DNA of 64,000 nt from Mytilus trossulus. Its lineage: Eukaryota. The stretch lies in the NCBI RefSeq assembly GCF_036588685.1, contig NC_086381.1, positions 69,936,001 to 70,000,000 on the forward strand, read 5' to 3'. The position numbers and the translations under genes were made by a program. Every line of letters begins with the position of its first letter. The stretch's first letter is position 1. Below the pieces are notes generated by a model that was given only the letters and a program-made list of their open reading frames with translations, ran no database searches and was not told the DNA's origin. This document shows positions 1-13,742 of this stretch, one piece after another.

Positions 1-360
1 CAACAAGAAGCATTGAGATAAAAGTGTGTTTTTTTAAACTTTTTTCACACTTTATTTGTTCCAAGAATTACATCCATAGGGGACATAGGACCACATTTTC
101 TAAACCCCAACAACTGCTGACTTTTGTCATAATCCTTACATAATTCTAAGGAAAATTCCTCCTCTGCACCACAATCAATTTATTTTATGTTCATTTTCCA
201 ACTGCTAATTATTTTCCAGAAATATATCACTTTTTAGCTTGTCAAAAAAATGTACTAAAGTTATCTCCCTTTGTATGTGGTCCCAGTTAATCTTACATAC
301 AAAAATAATGTAATTAAAACAAACAAGTATAAAAAAGAAAATTATATTATCTTATTGATA

Positions 361-570
361 TACTGTAAATTCAGAAATTATTGCGTGCATTTATTATTGC
401 GATTTTGTCATTTTACACTTGAATGCGATTTTAATTTTTACGATTTTAAGAAAAATCATGCTTAATTCAGTTAAAATATTACAAAATGCGAGTTTTAATT
501 ATTGCGTTTACCACTCAGTCGCATTATTCGCAATAATAAAAACCTCGCAATAATTTCTGAATATACAGTA
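361..570. mobile_element. TA-flanked MITE (Tc1/mariner-like), copy 1
   Basis: TIRs TACTGTAAATTCAGAAATTATTGCG ... CGCAATAATTTCTGAATATACAGTA; second copy at 16130-16337. Confidence 0.85.
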
Positions 571-833
571 GTTATCTATAATTCTCTGAAGTTCAGGCAA
601 GGCTGTTGATACTGTGAGGTAAAGGTGAACTGCTTACTTAAACTCTTGTTTTGGCTTCTTTCATTTATAAAACTGAATACATTGAAAGTGATTTTAACCA
701 TAAAAAAGACTATGCAAAACTTGTATTAATTATTTGATGCAGGAAAGTATTGATTAGTTATCTTAGAGAACAAACTAAATAAAATATGATAATGCAGGAA
801 CATAAAACTATATTTGAATCTTTTTCTTTGAAG

Positions 834-1054
834 ATAAGAATGATTGATCATCAGCGCCAGTCATTAGAGGAAACACTGAACTCTGAGAGAGCTAGGTCAG
901 CTGACCAGTTATATAGTATGGAGAGGAGATTCCGTGAGGTACAGGAGGTGTTATTTGTTAAGATGCAGGAGGCTAATATATCCAGGGATACCAATATCCC
1001 TCTAAAGGCTGAGATAGAGGCTCTGAAAGCTTTGTTACAGGAGGAGGAAAGAAG
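834..1054 (+). CDS. LMNTD1: LMNTD1-like/IF protein internal exon: end of coil 2 (IRMIDHQ...KAEIEALKALLQEEER); upstream exons lie outside the window
   Basis: ttttctttgAAG acceptor, AG|gtattt donor; heptad-like helix ending in the IF signature EIEALKALLQEEERRL (cf. EIATYRKLLEGEE.RL) once spliced to 1681. Confidence 0.85.
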
Positions 1055-1680
1055 GTATTTATACCTCAACTTCAGTGTAAAATCTTACCAATGCTCACTT
1101 GTTAAAAATGGTTGACCTGAAATATTTCAAAATTTTCATATGAATTGATCGTCTCTCACTTTCAAAGCCTTTTTTAGGATGACAAGTTGTCAATTACCGC
1201 ACTTGGAATTTGGCAGCAGGTATATTATTGTGAAGCTGATTTATTTCTTTGTAAATAAGGAGATATGGTAAACTGTTGACTTAGATACTTGCATCTTTAA
1301 ACATAATACAAAAAAATATCACAGAAAATATTTTGAAGCTACAGTGTAGGCCATTAGTTTTCATGTTTAAATTGTTTAACATTTGTCATTTCCTGTCCTA
1401 AATAGCTTTACCCATGTATTCCACTATAGTTGTATTCCAAGATTATTAAAGAATTTACAGTATTAAATGATTTTGCCACTCACTTCACAGACACATACAT
1501 TACAAGTATGTAGTGGTTAGATTGAAGCTGTTGCTTGTGCAAAAAAAAAGTAAAATCAAAAAGTAAAATCATAAAAATTCTGAACTCTGAAGAAAATTCA
1601 AAACAGAAAGTCTGTAATCAAATGGCAAAATCAAAGGATAAAACATATCAAACACAATAATCTTTCTTCATGACCTGTAG

Positions 1681-2105
1681 GTTGACTGCTCCTGTAGATG
1701 TCAGCAGTAATACATTAAAGCAGACCTCCAGTAGTGTAACTCACAACTATGCAAGCTCTCCACCACCTCAGCAAACTTCTCAAGTGTTTACCACCTACCA
1801 ACCACCTATGTCCTCATCTTATCAGTCGTATCCACCACCACCAGCAGCTCAATCTACTGCATATCCACAGCAGACGGATACGTATCCACCTCAGACCTCT
1901 GGTTACCAGGTGGAGACAGTACATGCTACAGAGCCTATCTACAATAGTGTACAGAATGAGTATGATGCCAGTGCAGATTTTCCTATCAGTGGCACAAGAT
2001 ATAATTATGAGACAATACCTAGTGTAAACAAGTTACAGATTGAACCGTCGCCACCTGTGACCCCTCGTCCAGTTGGACCTGTGGTCAGGGTCAAATCAGC
2101 TCCAA
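1681..2105 (+). CDS. LMNTD1: LMNTD1-like exon, P/S/T/Q/Y-rich linker
   Basis: ctgtag acceptor, A|gtaagt donor, phase 2 to phase 1 consistent, open frame. Confidence 0.85.
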
Positions 2106-2580
2106 GTAAGTTTTTTTTAGAAACAATCAGTTAGTTAATTTCCAATTGTTTCAAATCTTTTCCTGTTCAAGAGTTTTATTTATTTTCAGATGTTGATCAT
2201 TCAGATCAGCCTAGTTAATTCCAGGTTGCCAAACCTTTATTTTTTTTGTTTAAAGAGAGCTTTTTATTGTATTTGGTTCTGGGTTTTTTTCAAATCACAT
2301 TGGCACAATGTTTCTGTTAGTAATAGTATAATTTTTAAAGTTATTTGATACATTTCAAGAGAATATTTTCTGAATTTTCTCTGTTATTTGACAAAATTTT
2401 ATCTCCATAATCCATATGACATTTTGTAGGAAGGTTACTCCAGAGGTTTGTAGTATTGTATTCATAGCTTAGTTTGTTTTTTTGTTCAGTGAAGTTGATA
2501 TCCTTTAAAATATAGTGTAAATTGAAATTATAAGAAGACTAACAGAACCCTCTTTATATGTTTAATGTTACATATTGCAG

Positions 2581-2746
2581 GTTCAGGCAGAAGTGGACAA
2601 AGTCTTGGACAAGGGAAGGACTATTTCGATGAGATGTTTCGAGACCTAACAAGCCAAACCATCAACACATATTCCCGACCAAAAAGTAGCCCCACAGACC
2701 GTTACCCTGCAGCAGCTTCTCATGACTACACTACTGCTACTTCTAG
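2581..2746 (+). CDS. LMNTD1: LMNTD1-like exon (SSGRSGQSLGQGKDYFDEMFRDL...TTATS)
   Basis: ttgcag acceptor, AG|gtaaga donor, phases fit. Confidence 0.85.
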
Positions 2747-5700
2747 GTAAGACATTTGTTTATAAAAGACTGAGTGTAGGTAACACTGTTTTATCTTAGT
2801 ACAATGGTATCTTAGTTATATGTCAAAGTTGTTGTTTTATCCTTGACTAAAGTAGTAAGTATAGGGAAGTTTCTCTATGTTATTCAGTTTTAAGACTATA
2901 GATGAGAGAATCTCATGGCACAATACAAGTCCAATTTGTTTCAATGAATATTTTTTGTATGGATTGATACAAGATTTCAGTGAAGATAAGTTTTGTGCAA
3001 ACTTCATTTTCTATAAGATTTGGAGTTCCATCTCTAATCTACATTGGTGTGAGAAAAAATTAATAAAATATCTGCTTATTGAAAAGCTTTTAAATGACTA
3101 AAATTAATTCTTTAGTCTGATTTACTATCTTAATATTTCTTGCTCAAAAGAACAAAAAAAAAACAATAAGATAAGGCACTTAAGCTCTCCTGATCTTTTG
3201 GTACAAGAGTATTAAAATATAGTCAATTATATATGACCCTGTTTTAACTATAAGTATAAACCTTTCTAGTAAAGCAACAATCATACCAGTGGATGGTTAA
3301 GCTAGCTCTAAAACCAGGTTTAATCCACCATTTCCTTTGTGAAATGTTATACTATGTACATATAAAAAATGGTTTAAGTGCTGGAATTGCCTGTTAAGGA
3401 AACATTGCTTATTACCAATATGTTTATCAGATAAACGGAGGTTCAACATATATTAACTTATGGAAGTTTGGGAGTAGATTGAAATGGGGAAAAATGTTTC
3501 AAAATTGGATTATTCCGTTAGAAAACATTTCGTTTTTTTTTTTATTTCAAAAAAATTAACTTTTAGTAGTGATTCAGTTTTTAAATTTATTTTTGGTTTT
3601 TAAGAATACATTTATCAAAAATCAAGAAAGTTTTCTGTTTATTATTTTAGGCACTGGTGGGTAATTTCTCATTAGAATCACTGATGCTATACTTTTCTTC
3701 ACTAATGCTTTGTCTCACATATTCAGAAAGTTTCAATATTTTCTCTGTCTAACAGTTTCAAAAATTAAAACACATTTCTTATGCATATAATATTGATAGG
3801 TGATGACATTTTTTTCTTTTTGTTGGTTCTGAAATGATCCCCATTTGATAATTAAAATATTTCTCCTGAACAATCTTGTACAAGCTAGTTTGAAAATAAT
3901 TTTCTATACAAAGTTTATGGTGGAAAACATCACTGATGAATAACTATATAACAAAATATGATGTGTATATATTTTATGATTTGGTTTGAAATTCTGTAAA
4001 AACAAATCAGGTATCCATGTCGCAGTAAATCTATTTGGATTAAAAAAGATTGGAAGTTCTGGTAAGAGTTATCTCCCATTACACAGTTTACAACACAGTT
4101 CAAGTTGTATGTTGACATTTGCATTCTTTCATTTATGTTAAAATAAAAATATGTTATTTTGTAGTAAAATTTACATATTCTGTTGACGGCATTGTATTGT
4201 ATTCAATATCACTCTTTGTATTCCATCTTTATTGAAGCAATCACATCAGTCTTTGAATCTTATATATCACTGCTACAATTCTTTCTTAAAACATTTCACC
4301 ATTAGGGTACCTTAAAATCTTTGAGAAACAAATATTTTGAAACATGATTGATTATAAAATTAAGCCTACCCTGATGCTATTTACTTCAGCAAAGGCTGTA
4401 TATCACATCTCAATTTATAAACAAAACTATCATTCAGATTGTATTTTGAACATTTGATTATTTCACACAAATACAATTATGTGTTATGTATCAAAATTTG
4501 AATAGTAATTATGAATATGATATTTCTTTGCAAATAAATCATTCTAATGTGTTTCTGTGTTTTTTAAGCTACAAGATGTATTATCAGTAAGAATTTTATA
4601 TCCTTTTCTTCAAATGTTGTCAACTTTATAGAAATATTTCTGAATATACATATCTCTTTTGAATAATTTGCAAATGTCTCCAGCAACTTTAAATTATCCC
4701 CCTTGTATTTGCTTAAACCCTTTCCTATTTTTAGTAATAGAGTCCTTGCACAATTCCAAAGCATTTGATTGAAGTCTTATCATCTATTATCTCCCTTTGA
4801 ATATTGGGGATGTATTTAACCTCATGGCATTTTTTATCTGTGCGGCCTCCACTGGAATAACTGGACATTTTTTTTTACAGTAGCTTTAAATTTGAAGGCA
4901 CTATTAATGGTTATGTTGGGTAGTCAAGGTCATTAAACACCCCCAATGTTAGAAAGTGAATGAATGAATCATAGAAGTAAAACACTTCAGTAGACCCTCC
5001 TGTTTATTTATGTATTGTATGCCTGACATGCCTGCATGTTTTTAGTACAATTGTTTACTGTTGTTTAGTTATTATCAGTATTTTGTTATCTGCATGTATA
5101 ATTTAGGACAGAAAAAGTATGAAAAGATTGCACCACCCTTTTAAACCTGCTTGTAATCAAATATATCATGAATATTACCCCATTGCTAGATGAATACATT
5201 CTTTACATCAAAGACAAAAATCTAACAAAAGAAATACATGTACATTGTTTATCAATAATATGATAATAATTTAATCAGTCTTCATTTAACAATGCTGATG
5301 AACAATTTCTAAACTGCACAAGGTTTTTTTTATTTTTATTTATTAGAAATTATTTCAAATTTTCCAAATACTGTTTTTGAAATTGAACTTGTTCAGAAAT
5401 CTTAAGATTTTGGCTATGAAAATATGAACATGATGCCCTTACCCACTTAGTAGTCCAACTACTGCATTGACTTCAATCTTAATTAATAAGTATTGTCAGT
5501 TTGCCTTCTAAAGGCTGATCACTCCTGATTCCTACAAAGATAAAAAATAATCACACAGAAAAAGCCAATAGTGTTTTAAGTGGCATTAAACACTTATCAA
5601 TCAATCAATGAACATGATAAAAAAAAATGAAGCAATGGTTAAGAATTGATGGAGATAAAGAATTTATTAAAAATTGCAGTGTTTATGTCAATGATTATGG

Positions 5701-6555
5701 TTATTCTAATTGCCCCTCCCCCCCCTTTTTTTCCCTTAGTTTTTAAGCTTTTAAACCTTATTTTTAAATTTGTAAATTAGATAGAGAATGGTAATGGGGA
5801 ATGTGTCAAAGAGTAAAAAAACAGTCTAAGGCAACTAATGGGTCTTCAACACAGTGAGAAAATCATGCAATCTGAGGCAGACTTCATCTGGCCCATAGAC
5901 AAAAATGTGTACTAGTTTCAAACATGGAGGTTAAAGTGAACTCCTAAAAGTTGTCTTTTCTTTAAATTATTTAATGGTTTTACATACCTATATTTTTGTC
6001 AGAAGTTTTTGAGATTTAAAGGTAATCAATACAGTAAAACTTTGTTCTACCTACCTAATTAACTTGTTATTACCTGATTGATTAGAAATATTTATGTTTG
6101 ATTATTGATCCATACATATTTAACTTATAAGTGATTAAACAATTCTATCATTGGAGTTACTTTTTGTTTAATTAAGGATTTACACATACCTTAAATTATT
6201 CATGGGATTTTTTTTTATCTCTACTACAAAGACAATTATTTAATTTAAGATTTCCTACTTCAGAATCTAATATGAGTAAAAAAAAAAAAAAAGCTTACAG
6301 TAAACAATTGAGAGGGGGGGTGGGGGCAATACTTTATTACAGTGTTTACCTTGTAAATATATATTGCATATAGAAGAAGCTTTAGACTGGTTTCTTATTT
6401 TATTGTCTTTTTTTATGATTTTCATATGTATGAAGAAAAGAAATGATATTTTAGAAAGTAATAAAACAAATGCATTTTATTTAAAGTTGAGGCAAATGAG
6501 ATTTTCTTGTTTTTTTTGGTGTAAAATATACATGAAGTACAACAATAACATTTTT

Positions 6556-7618
6556 TGTCGAGCCTTCGACTTTAGTCGAAAAAGCGAGAATAAGCGATCC
6601 TACTTTCCGTCTTCGTCGGTGTCGTCGGCGGCGGCGTCCACAAATATTCACTCTGTGGTTAAAGTTTTTGAAATTTTAATAACTTTCCTAAACTATACTG
6701 GATTTCTACCAAACTTGGACAGAAGCTTGTTTATGATCATAAGATAGTATCCAGAAGTAAATTTTGTATAAATAAAATTCCATTTTTCCCGTATTTTACT
6801 TATAAATGGACTTAGTTTTTTCTGTGGGGAAACATTTCATTCACTTTGTGGTTAAAGTTTTTAGAATTTTTATAACTTTCTTAAACTATCCTTGGTTTGT
6901 ACCAAACTTGGACAGAAGCTTGTTTATGATCATAAGATAGTATCCAAAGTAAATTTTGTAAAAATAAAATTCTATTTTTTCCGTATTTTACTTATAAATG
7001 GACTTAGTTTTTTTCTGCGGGGAAACATTACATTCACTCTGTGGTTAAAGTTTTTAGAATTTTAATAACTTTCTTAAACTATCCTTGGTTTGTACAAAAC
7101 TTGGACAGAAGCTTGTTTATGATCACAAGATAGCATCCAGAAGTAAATTTTGTAAAAAAAAAAATCCATTTTTTCTTTATTTACTTTTAAATGGACTTAG
7201 TTTTTCTGTGGGGAAACATTACATTCACTCTGTGGTTAAAGTTTTTAGAATTTTAATAACTTTCTTAAACTATCCTTGGTTTGTACCAAACTTGGACAGA
7301 AGCTTATTTATGATCATAAGATAGTATCCAGAAGTAAATTTTGTAAAAAGATAATTCCATTTTTTCTGTATTTTACTTTTAAATGGACTTAGATTTTCTT
7401 CCAGTTAATACTTCATACAGTCTGCAGTTAAAGTTTTCAAAACATTTATTAGATTCATTAACTATCCTAGATTTTTACCATACTTGGACAGAAGCTTCTT
7501 ACAATCAAAAGATAGTATCAAGAGGAATATTTTTATTGATTTTTTTTCTAATTTTTGTTGAGCCTGTGATTTACAGCAAAAGTAGGCGAGACACTGGGTT
7601 CCGCGGAACCCTTACAAA
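6556..7618 (+). mobile_element. Helentron-type non-autonomous element (HINE) family A with ~5 internal ~192-bp repeats
   Basis: 5' GTCGAGCCT plus hairpin TTCGACT..AGTCGAA, (CGTCGG)n-like microsatellite, tandem core, 3' AGGCGAGAC plus hairpin GGGTTCCGCGGAACCC, T-rich flanks; sibling at 10654-14538. Confidence 0.75.
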
Positions 7619-8353
7619 TTTTTCTGAAAGTAGAAGTTGTGACAATGAAATAGTCAATCATTTATTAACTAAAACTCAGTCTTGTCAGATCCTTAACTAA
7701 TCCTGTTTTTGAAGAAATTGATTTTCTTCCTGAACTTGCTGAGATATTAAATATTTGCCATTGTACACTAGAAACAAACAACATGGAAAATAATTAGAAA
7801 AGCCATTTCATGTATACAGAATGTAATAACACATTGAAATAAATTTGATAATCCTTTGTACTAAGTGATTAAATATGTAAGATCCATAAGTACATTGTTC
7901 AATCAGTATGGCCAAATTCAATTTGATAATATATTACAACTTTTAAAATCCTATTTGATATTTGATTGATTTGAATTAAATAAAATTTAAATCTTTAAGC
8001 AAGGTGAATTTTATTGCCACAGTATTAGTTGTAGAATGGGTTTTAACTAGTTAAGACAAATAAAAGGAAAAACTGATAAAAACCTGTAGAATTTTACTGG
8101 ATTATTATAAAGGGTTTAATGAATTAAATTTCAGATCAGTTTGAATATATGCCTTTGACATTGTAATCAATAGGGTGAAGTTTACATAGTAACCGTGGTG
8201 TGGGCCATGGGTCGGAAAAATACAATACATTAAAATACTGATTCAATCTCTGTATTGTCAAACTATTGTTTTGATATTTGAGGAATTATATTTAATAGAA
8301 ACTGATTTTGTGTTTATCTTCATAAGATTAATAATGAATAATTCTCTTGCTAG

Positions 8354-8429
8354 TGCTGTTGGGGATGTAAAAATTCTTGATGTCAACCAAGAAGGAAAAT
8401 ATGTTCGACTTGTCAACGAAGGCGGCAAG
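8354..8429 (+). CDS. LMNTD1: LMNTD1-like exon, start of lamin tail domain (SAVGDVKILDVNQEGKYVRLVNEGGK)
   Basis: ctcttgctag acceptor, AAG|gtaaga donor; matches the lamin/LMNTD1 LTD beta-strand motif. Confidence 0.9.
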
Positions 8430-10135
8430 GTAAGATATTGTTTGTCAATTTAAATTTGTACAAAGACTTGGTGGGTGTTGATGACACGATATACATTCTA
8501 TAGTATATGCACACTTATGTTTTGACAATCTGGAGAATCGGTTTTGTTAAATGGATAATTTTCACACGGGTTCAATTTAGTCTGTTGATCATTTATTTTT
8601 GAGGTATTTGCTGACTTTTAAGAAAATATAGCAACGTCATGATCTGTTTTTCTAGTATCAAAATCCATTTTGATTAAAGGAAAATGCAAACATTAACTAA
8701 ATATAAAATTCTAAACCCATTTTAGACATGTTAAATATTGTATACCAGTATAATGTAATTTGAGTACTTTTTGTTAATTTGATAATTTGAAAGTTCAATG
8801 CAATTCATAAAAAAAAAAGTGACAATTGATATTGCATATGCTATGCATTTCTACATATTTCCAAAACAATTTTTTCTTTTCAAAATTATTTCAGTCTTGT
8901 GCTTATGAATATTTCGTATTACAAATTAGTTAATTTGCCTTTATCTAATCTGGATTCAAGACCCTATAACTCGATAATAAGTGTCTATTAAAGAGCTTTA
9001 TATGAATAATTTATATTAAAAAATATTGAAAGCTTTTTATGAAAAGCCAAACATTAACTTTTTTTGTTACTACAAGTTGAACATGAATGATATATTAGTA
9101 GGGTCTTAGTATTAAATCTATATTAACAAGAAAGGTATTACAAAAGGTTTGTTTGTGTCTTCCAATTTATATCACTTACAAATGTACTACCATATGTCAT
9201 GTATGTAAATCATCCATACAATACAAACAGAGAAATGGTAATTCACATCTACCCTCTAGATTACCAAGAGAAAAACATACGTATATTTTTTTATTACTTT
9301 TGTAAATGGGCTCTATAAAACATTGATAATTTACTCTAATTTATAATATACATATATTGTAAGTATAATTCTGATTTAAAATATTTTATCCAAAGTACAA
9401 ATTGTTCCAAGTTGATCACAGAGATGTCATACAAGTTAGGAATGATTGGTTGGTTATTTGTAGGTGAAAACATTCAATATTTACTTTGTTCTCTAAATTC
9501 TTGTATTTGATATGAATGTATACATGTTTCATTATATTTAAAATCAGACTATTTACTCGGCCAGTAATCACTTAGGTTTGAAAAATGGCATAGTAAACAC
9601 TTTGGTTTTTAAAAATGGCTGACTGTAATGTACATTTTTTAAAAACGACTGGTTTATTTCAAAAGAAGCCCAATTATAGCTCAGATCTTAGCTTATTAAC
9701 TGGCCCTGGCACCTGATTGACTGAGTAATAATTTTCAATTTTGTAGAAAGAAATTTATAGAAAATTGATTGTATAATTCTTTTGACTGGCAGAGATAAAG
9801 TTCATGTTCTAGCAGAACATGAAAAAATATTTTATCACAATAAAATGTATTTGTGATAGTTTACAAAAATACATTTATTCCATTATTTCAATTTTTCATA
9901 AGATAATGCTCTGAAGTGCCCATTACCATTAAACTGGTGCCCTCTGCCCTTTAAAAATCCTAGCTAGAACACTGACTTATCGGTATCGATATTTTTCTAG
10001 CTAGAATGTTTAAAAATTTATGAATAAATGCCTGTATTGTTTAATCTTGTGTATAATATTGTTAAAACAATACCGATTTGAATATTCTAGAATAACAATT
10101 AATTCTTATTAACATGGGTTTTTTTAATCTTAAAG

Positions 10136-10366
10136 GAAGTAGAGTTTGGAGGGTACATGATACAACAGAATGTTGGAGGTCATCCCGTTGCAGTTTACCG
10201 ATTCCCTCCTAGGACGAAATTCACTGGAAACAACACAATCACAGTGTGGTCTGGAAATAATGACCCTATGCTGCATCAGCCCCCAACAGATTATGTTTGG
10301 AAAGAGCAAGAGAAATGGGGTACAGGACCAGAATGTACAACAATCTTATGTAAACCTAATGGACAG
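10136..10366 (+). CDS. LMNTD1: LMNTD1-like exon, LTD core (QQNVGGHPVAVYRF...HQPPTDYVWKEQEKWGTGPECTTILCKPNGQ)
   Basis: Strong recalled similarity to vertebrate LMNTD1 (QQNV..YRF..TVW..HQPP.D..WKEQ.K..TILCKPNGQAIAW); aag acceptor, CAG|gtcagt donor. Confidence 0.92.
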
Positions 10367-10591
10367 GTCAGTAGTTAGTTCAATGTAAACCTAATGGACA
10401 GGTCAGTAGTTAGTTCAATGTAAACCTAATGGACAGGTCAGTAGTTAGTTCAATGTAAACCTAATGGACAGGTCAGTAGTTAGTTCAATGTAAACCTAAT
10501 GGACAGGTCAGTAGTTAGTTCAATGTAAACCTTATGGACAGGTCAGTAGTTAGTTCAATGTTAACCTAATGGACAGGTCAGTAGTTAGTTC
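10348..10591 (+). repeat. 35-bp tandem repeat x7 that includes the exon end and donor site
   Basis: Unit CAATGTAAACCTAATGGACAG|GTCAGTAGTTAGTT. Confidence 0.95.
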
Positions 10592-11660
10592 ACATTTTAA
10601 GCATTGTTATGTATGTAACTTTTAAGCCATTTTATGTATTTTTTTATGGTTTTTGTCGAGCCTTCGACTTTAGTCGAAAAAGCGAGACTAAGCGATCCTA
10701 CATTCCGTCGTCAGCGGCGTCCACAAATATTCACTCTGTGGTTAAAGTTTTTGAAATTTTAATAACTTTCTTAAACTATAATGTATTTCTACCAAACTTG
10801 GCCAGAAGCTTGTTTATGATCATAAGATAGTATCCAGAAGTAAATTTTGTAAAAATAAAATTCCATTTTTCCCATATTTTACTTGTAAATGGACTTAGTT
10901 TTTCGGGGGGGAAACATTACATTCACTCTGTGGTTAAAGTTTTTAAAATTTTGATAACTTTCTTTAACTATACTGGATTTCTACCAAACTTTGACAGAAG
11001 CTTGTTTATGATCATAAGATAGTACCCAGAAGTAAATTTTGTAAAAATAAAATTCCATTTTTTCCATATTTTACTTGTAAATGGACTTAGTTTTTCTGAG
11101 GGGAAACATTACATTCACTCTGTGGTTTAAAGTTTTTAAAATTTTATTCTAATATGACGTGCTTCTTTAGCTTTGTAAAGAAACCATACTTTATTATCCA
11201 ATAAAATTAGTTTGCACATGCGTATATTGACTACGGCAGAAAAATGAATTTTATCAAAATTGGTATGCATTTAATGTATTCCATTAACTTAAAACACTTT
11301 CAAACTCTAAAATGATACACATTGTGTTACTAATACTTTCACAATGACAACAATGTGTTACAATTCATAATTGAACTATTTGACCTAGATACCGCAACGT
11401 CCATGTTGGCTGTTCCAACTTCAAAACCCCTCCCTCTGAAAAACACGTTTCATCGTCTGCTTGTTTACAAAACAAAATGGAGTATGCGAGGACAATCCCG
11501 TTAAAAATTGGACTCAAGGTAGAACACAAAGGACAAGACTACATAATAATTAACCATTTCAATCAGAAACAATCTGTTGTACAATACATAATAAAATATT
11601 TCATCAGGTCAAACAAAACGTGTATTCAGACATGAGATATGTGATGCATCAGTTTCGTCA

Positions 11661-11976
11661 ATGTTTGCCAGACTAACTGATGCCACAATATACCAGTTCG
11701 AGCAAGAGAGCTCGCAATCAGATGATGAGCTTTCCAATTTTGCTGAATTAGTTTCTGAACCTGTAGAAGAACCACAACCAAGGTTAGAACCAGAACAAGC
11801 TTCAGAACAACCAGAACAAGCTTTAGAACCAGAACTAGCTTTAGACCCGGAACCACCCCTAAAGAAACCAAGGTTCAAAGAAATGCCAAGCAGAGAGCAC
11901 ATAGATATGTTGGCTCAGGCCAGAGTAGAAGAGACAACTAAGCAACAAACTGATTGGGGAGTGCGCCTTTTCAGAG
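11661..11976 (+). CDS. Crypton YR exon 1 (acidic EP-rich region, PPLKKPRFK basic motif, TTKQQTDWGVRLF); original start probably 11477 with a frameshift
   Basis: ORF 11661; G|gtaaat donor at 11977 joins in frame to 12592, giving TTKQQTDWGVRLFRGWL, typical of Crypton/KCTD1-like N-termini. Confidence 0.75.
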
Positions 11977-12591
11977 GTAAATAAACTGACTCACATCACA
12001 ACAATTAACTATCATTGCATATACATGTAATTATTATTATGATTTTTCCTGCTATTATGACTACATTGTGTCCTCACTTTTCCTGTTGCAAAGGCATATA
12101 AATATATAATAATTTCATTGAAACATATGATCTAACGATAAAATATAAAATAAATTATAGCCTAAATAGGTTATGATTATTACTGTCGTACTGAAATGAC
12201 AAAATTGTTTCATATTTATGATAAAATGGATTGACCCTAGCAGGGAATCGAACCCCATTCTCCTATAAAAAAAATAGGCGTAATTACCAATATACCACCA
12301 AGGTTTCCAATCCATTTACAAATGCAACAAGATTGTCACTCAGTTTGAATTTAATCATCATTAGAAAAACAAAATTTATCAGCAAAAAATGTATGCATTT
12401 CGTGTGATGTACATGTACATGTATGATGAACTGTGAGTCGCAACAAGACTATTTACAAAATTTAAATCATTCAACCAATAAAATAAAAAAAAGCCTTAAA
12501 ACATCTTATTTGGACATATATACTTCTAAATTTGCATTTATTATAAAGGTGAATATTATTTAAACTTGATAAAATATAATTTGAATTTCAG

Positions 12592-13742
12592 GATGGTTGA
12601 CAGAAAACCAATACAGTGACAAGTTTGAGGAACTTGAAAGCTCCATATTAAATGAGAGATTATGCTTTTTCTATCCAAGCCTGCAAACAAAAAAAGGAAC
12701 AGATTACTCTAAATCAGCATTAGTTGGAATACGTGCAGCAATATCCCGTCATCTCACATCTCCACCATACAACCGTAATGTTAATTTAATGAAAGATAAT
12801 GCCTTCATGACATCAAATCATGTAATAACGGGAATGATAAAAACCCTAAAGAGAGCCGGCAAAGATGTTACGGTACACAAAAAACCTGTAGCTGAAGGAG
12901 ACATACAGCGTTTATATTCAAGTGGGGTTTTCAACACAGATTCCCCAGCAACACTACAAAACAAAGTATTCTGGGACTTAATGTTGAATTTTGGAAGACG
13001 AGGCCAGGAAGGGTTAAATAGTTTGACAAAGTCATCTTTTGGTAAGTTCAAGGATGACAGGGACCATACATATTATAAAATGACATACAATGAGGCAAAT
13101 AAAACTCACCATGGCGTTGATTCCCATGAAAACCGTCAAGAGGTGCGTATGTATGAAAAATCAGGAGATGAAAACTGTCCAGTGGCAAGTTTTGATTTTT
13201 ATGTATCTAAATTGAGTCCTAAATGTAATGCGCTGTTTCAACAGCCATTGCTTTATCCAAAACCAAATTGCTGGTATGCTAATCAAGCCATGGGAAAAAA
13301 CAAATTGAGTCAAATGATGCCAAGGATTTCAAATGAAGCAGGCCTTTCCTACAGATACACCAACCATTGTATAAAAGCTACCGTTGGTACTGGGCTGAAA
13401 CGCGCCGGGGTCGATGATTTAACTATCATGTCAGTTACGGGTCATAGAAACATTAAATCGTTAGAAAGTTATGTTGCTGGACCGTCAGATGCACAAAGGC
13501 GTGCCCTCTCATCAACTCTACAGGGTGTAGCTACCGCAAGTAACAGTAATGAATCTGTGTCAAAGGGCCCCTCCTGCCAAGTCTCAAATCATGTCAGTAC
13601 AATATCCAGGAATCCTCTGTCCGACATGAGTATTTTCACAAACGCTACAATAACCAGGGGAACATTTACTATAAATTTAGTTAGTAAAGACTTACCCGAT
13701 TCTCCAGTACGTCCACCGCCATTGACAAGTTCAACTGACTGA
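12592..13742 (+). CDS. Crypton tyrosine recombinase (DUF3504-like) exon 2
   Basis: tttcag acceptor; motifs YSKSAL..IRAAISRHL, LQNKVF..NFGRRGQE, CPVASF, MGKNKL, YTNHCIKAT, VTGHRN..SLESY; uninterrupted ORF. Confidence 0.9.

Noticed and set aside
6364-7700. ORFs of 127, 79 and 105 aa
   Set aside because: They lie inside a non-coding HINE, and the same pseudo-peptides recur at 10609 and 14382 only because of the repeat.
11609-11902. Antisense ORFs over Crypton exon 1
   Set aside because: Shadows of the EP-rich coding strand.
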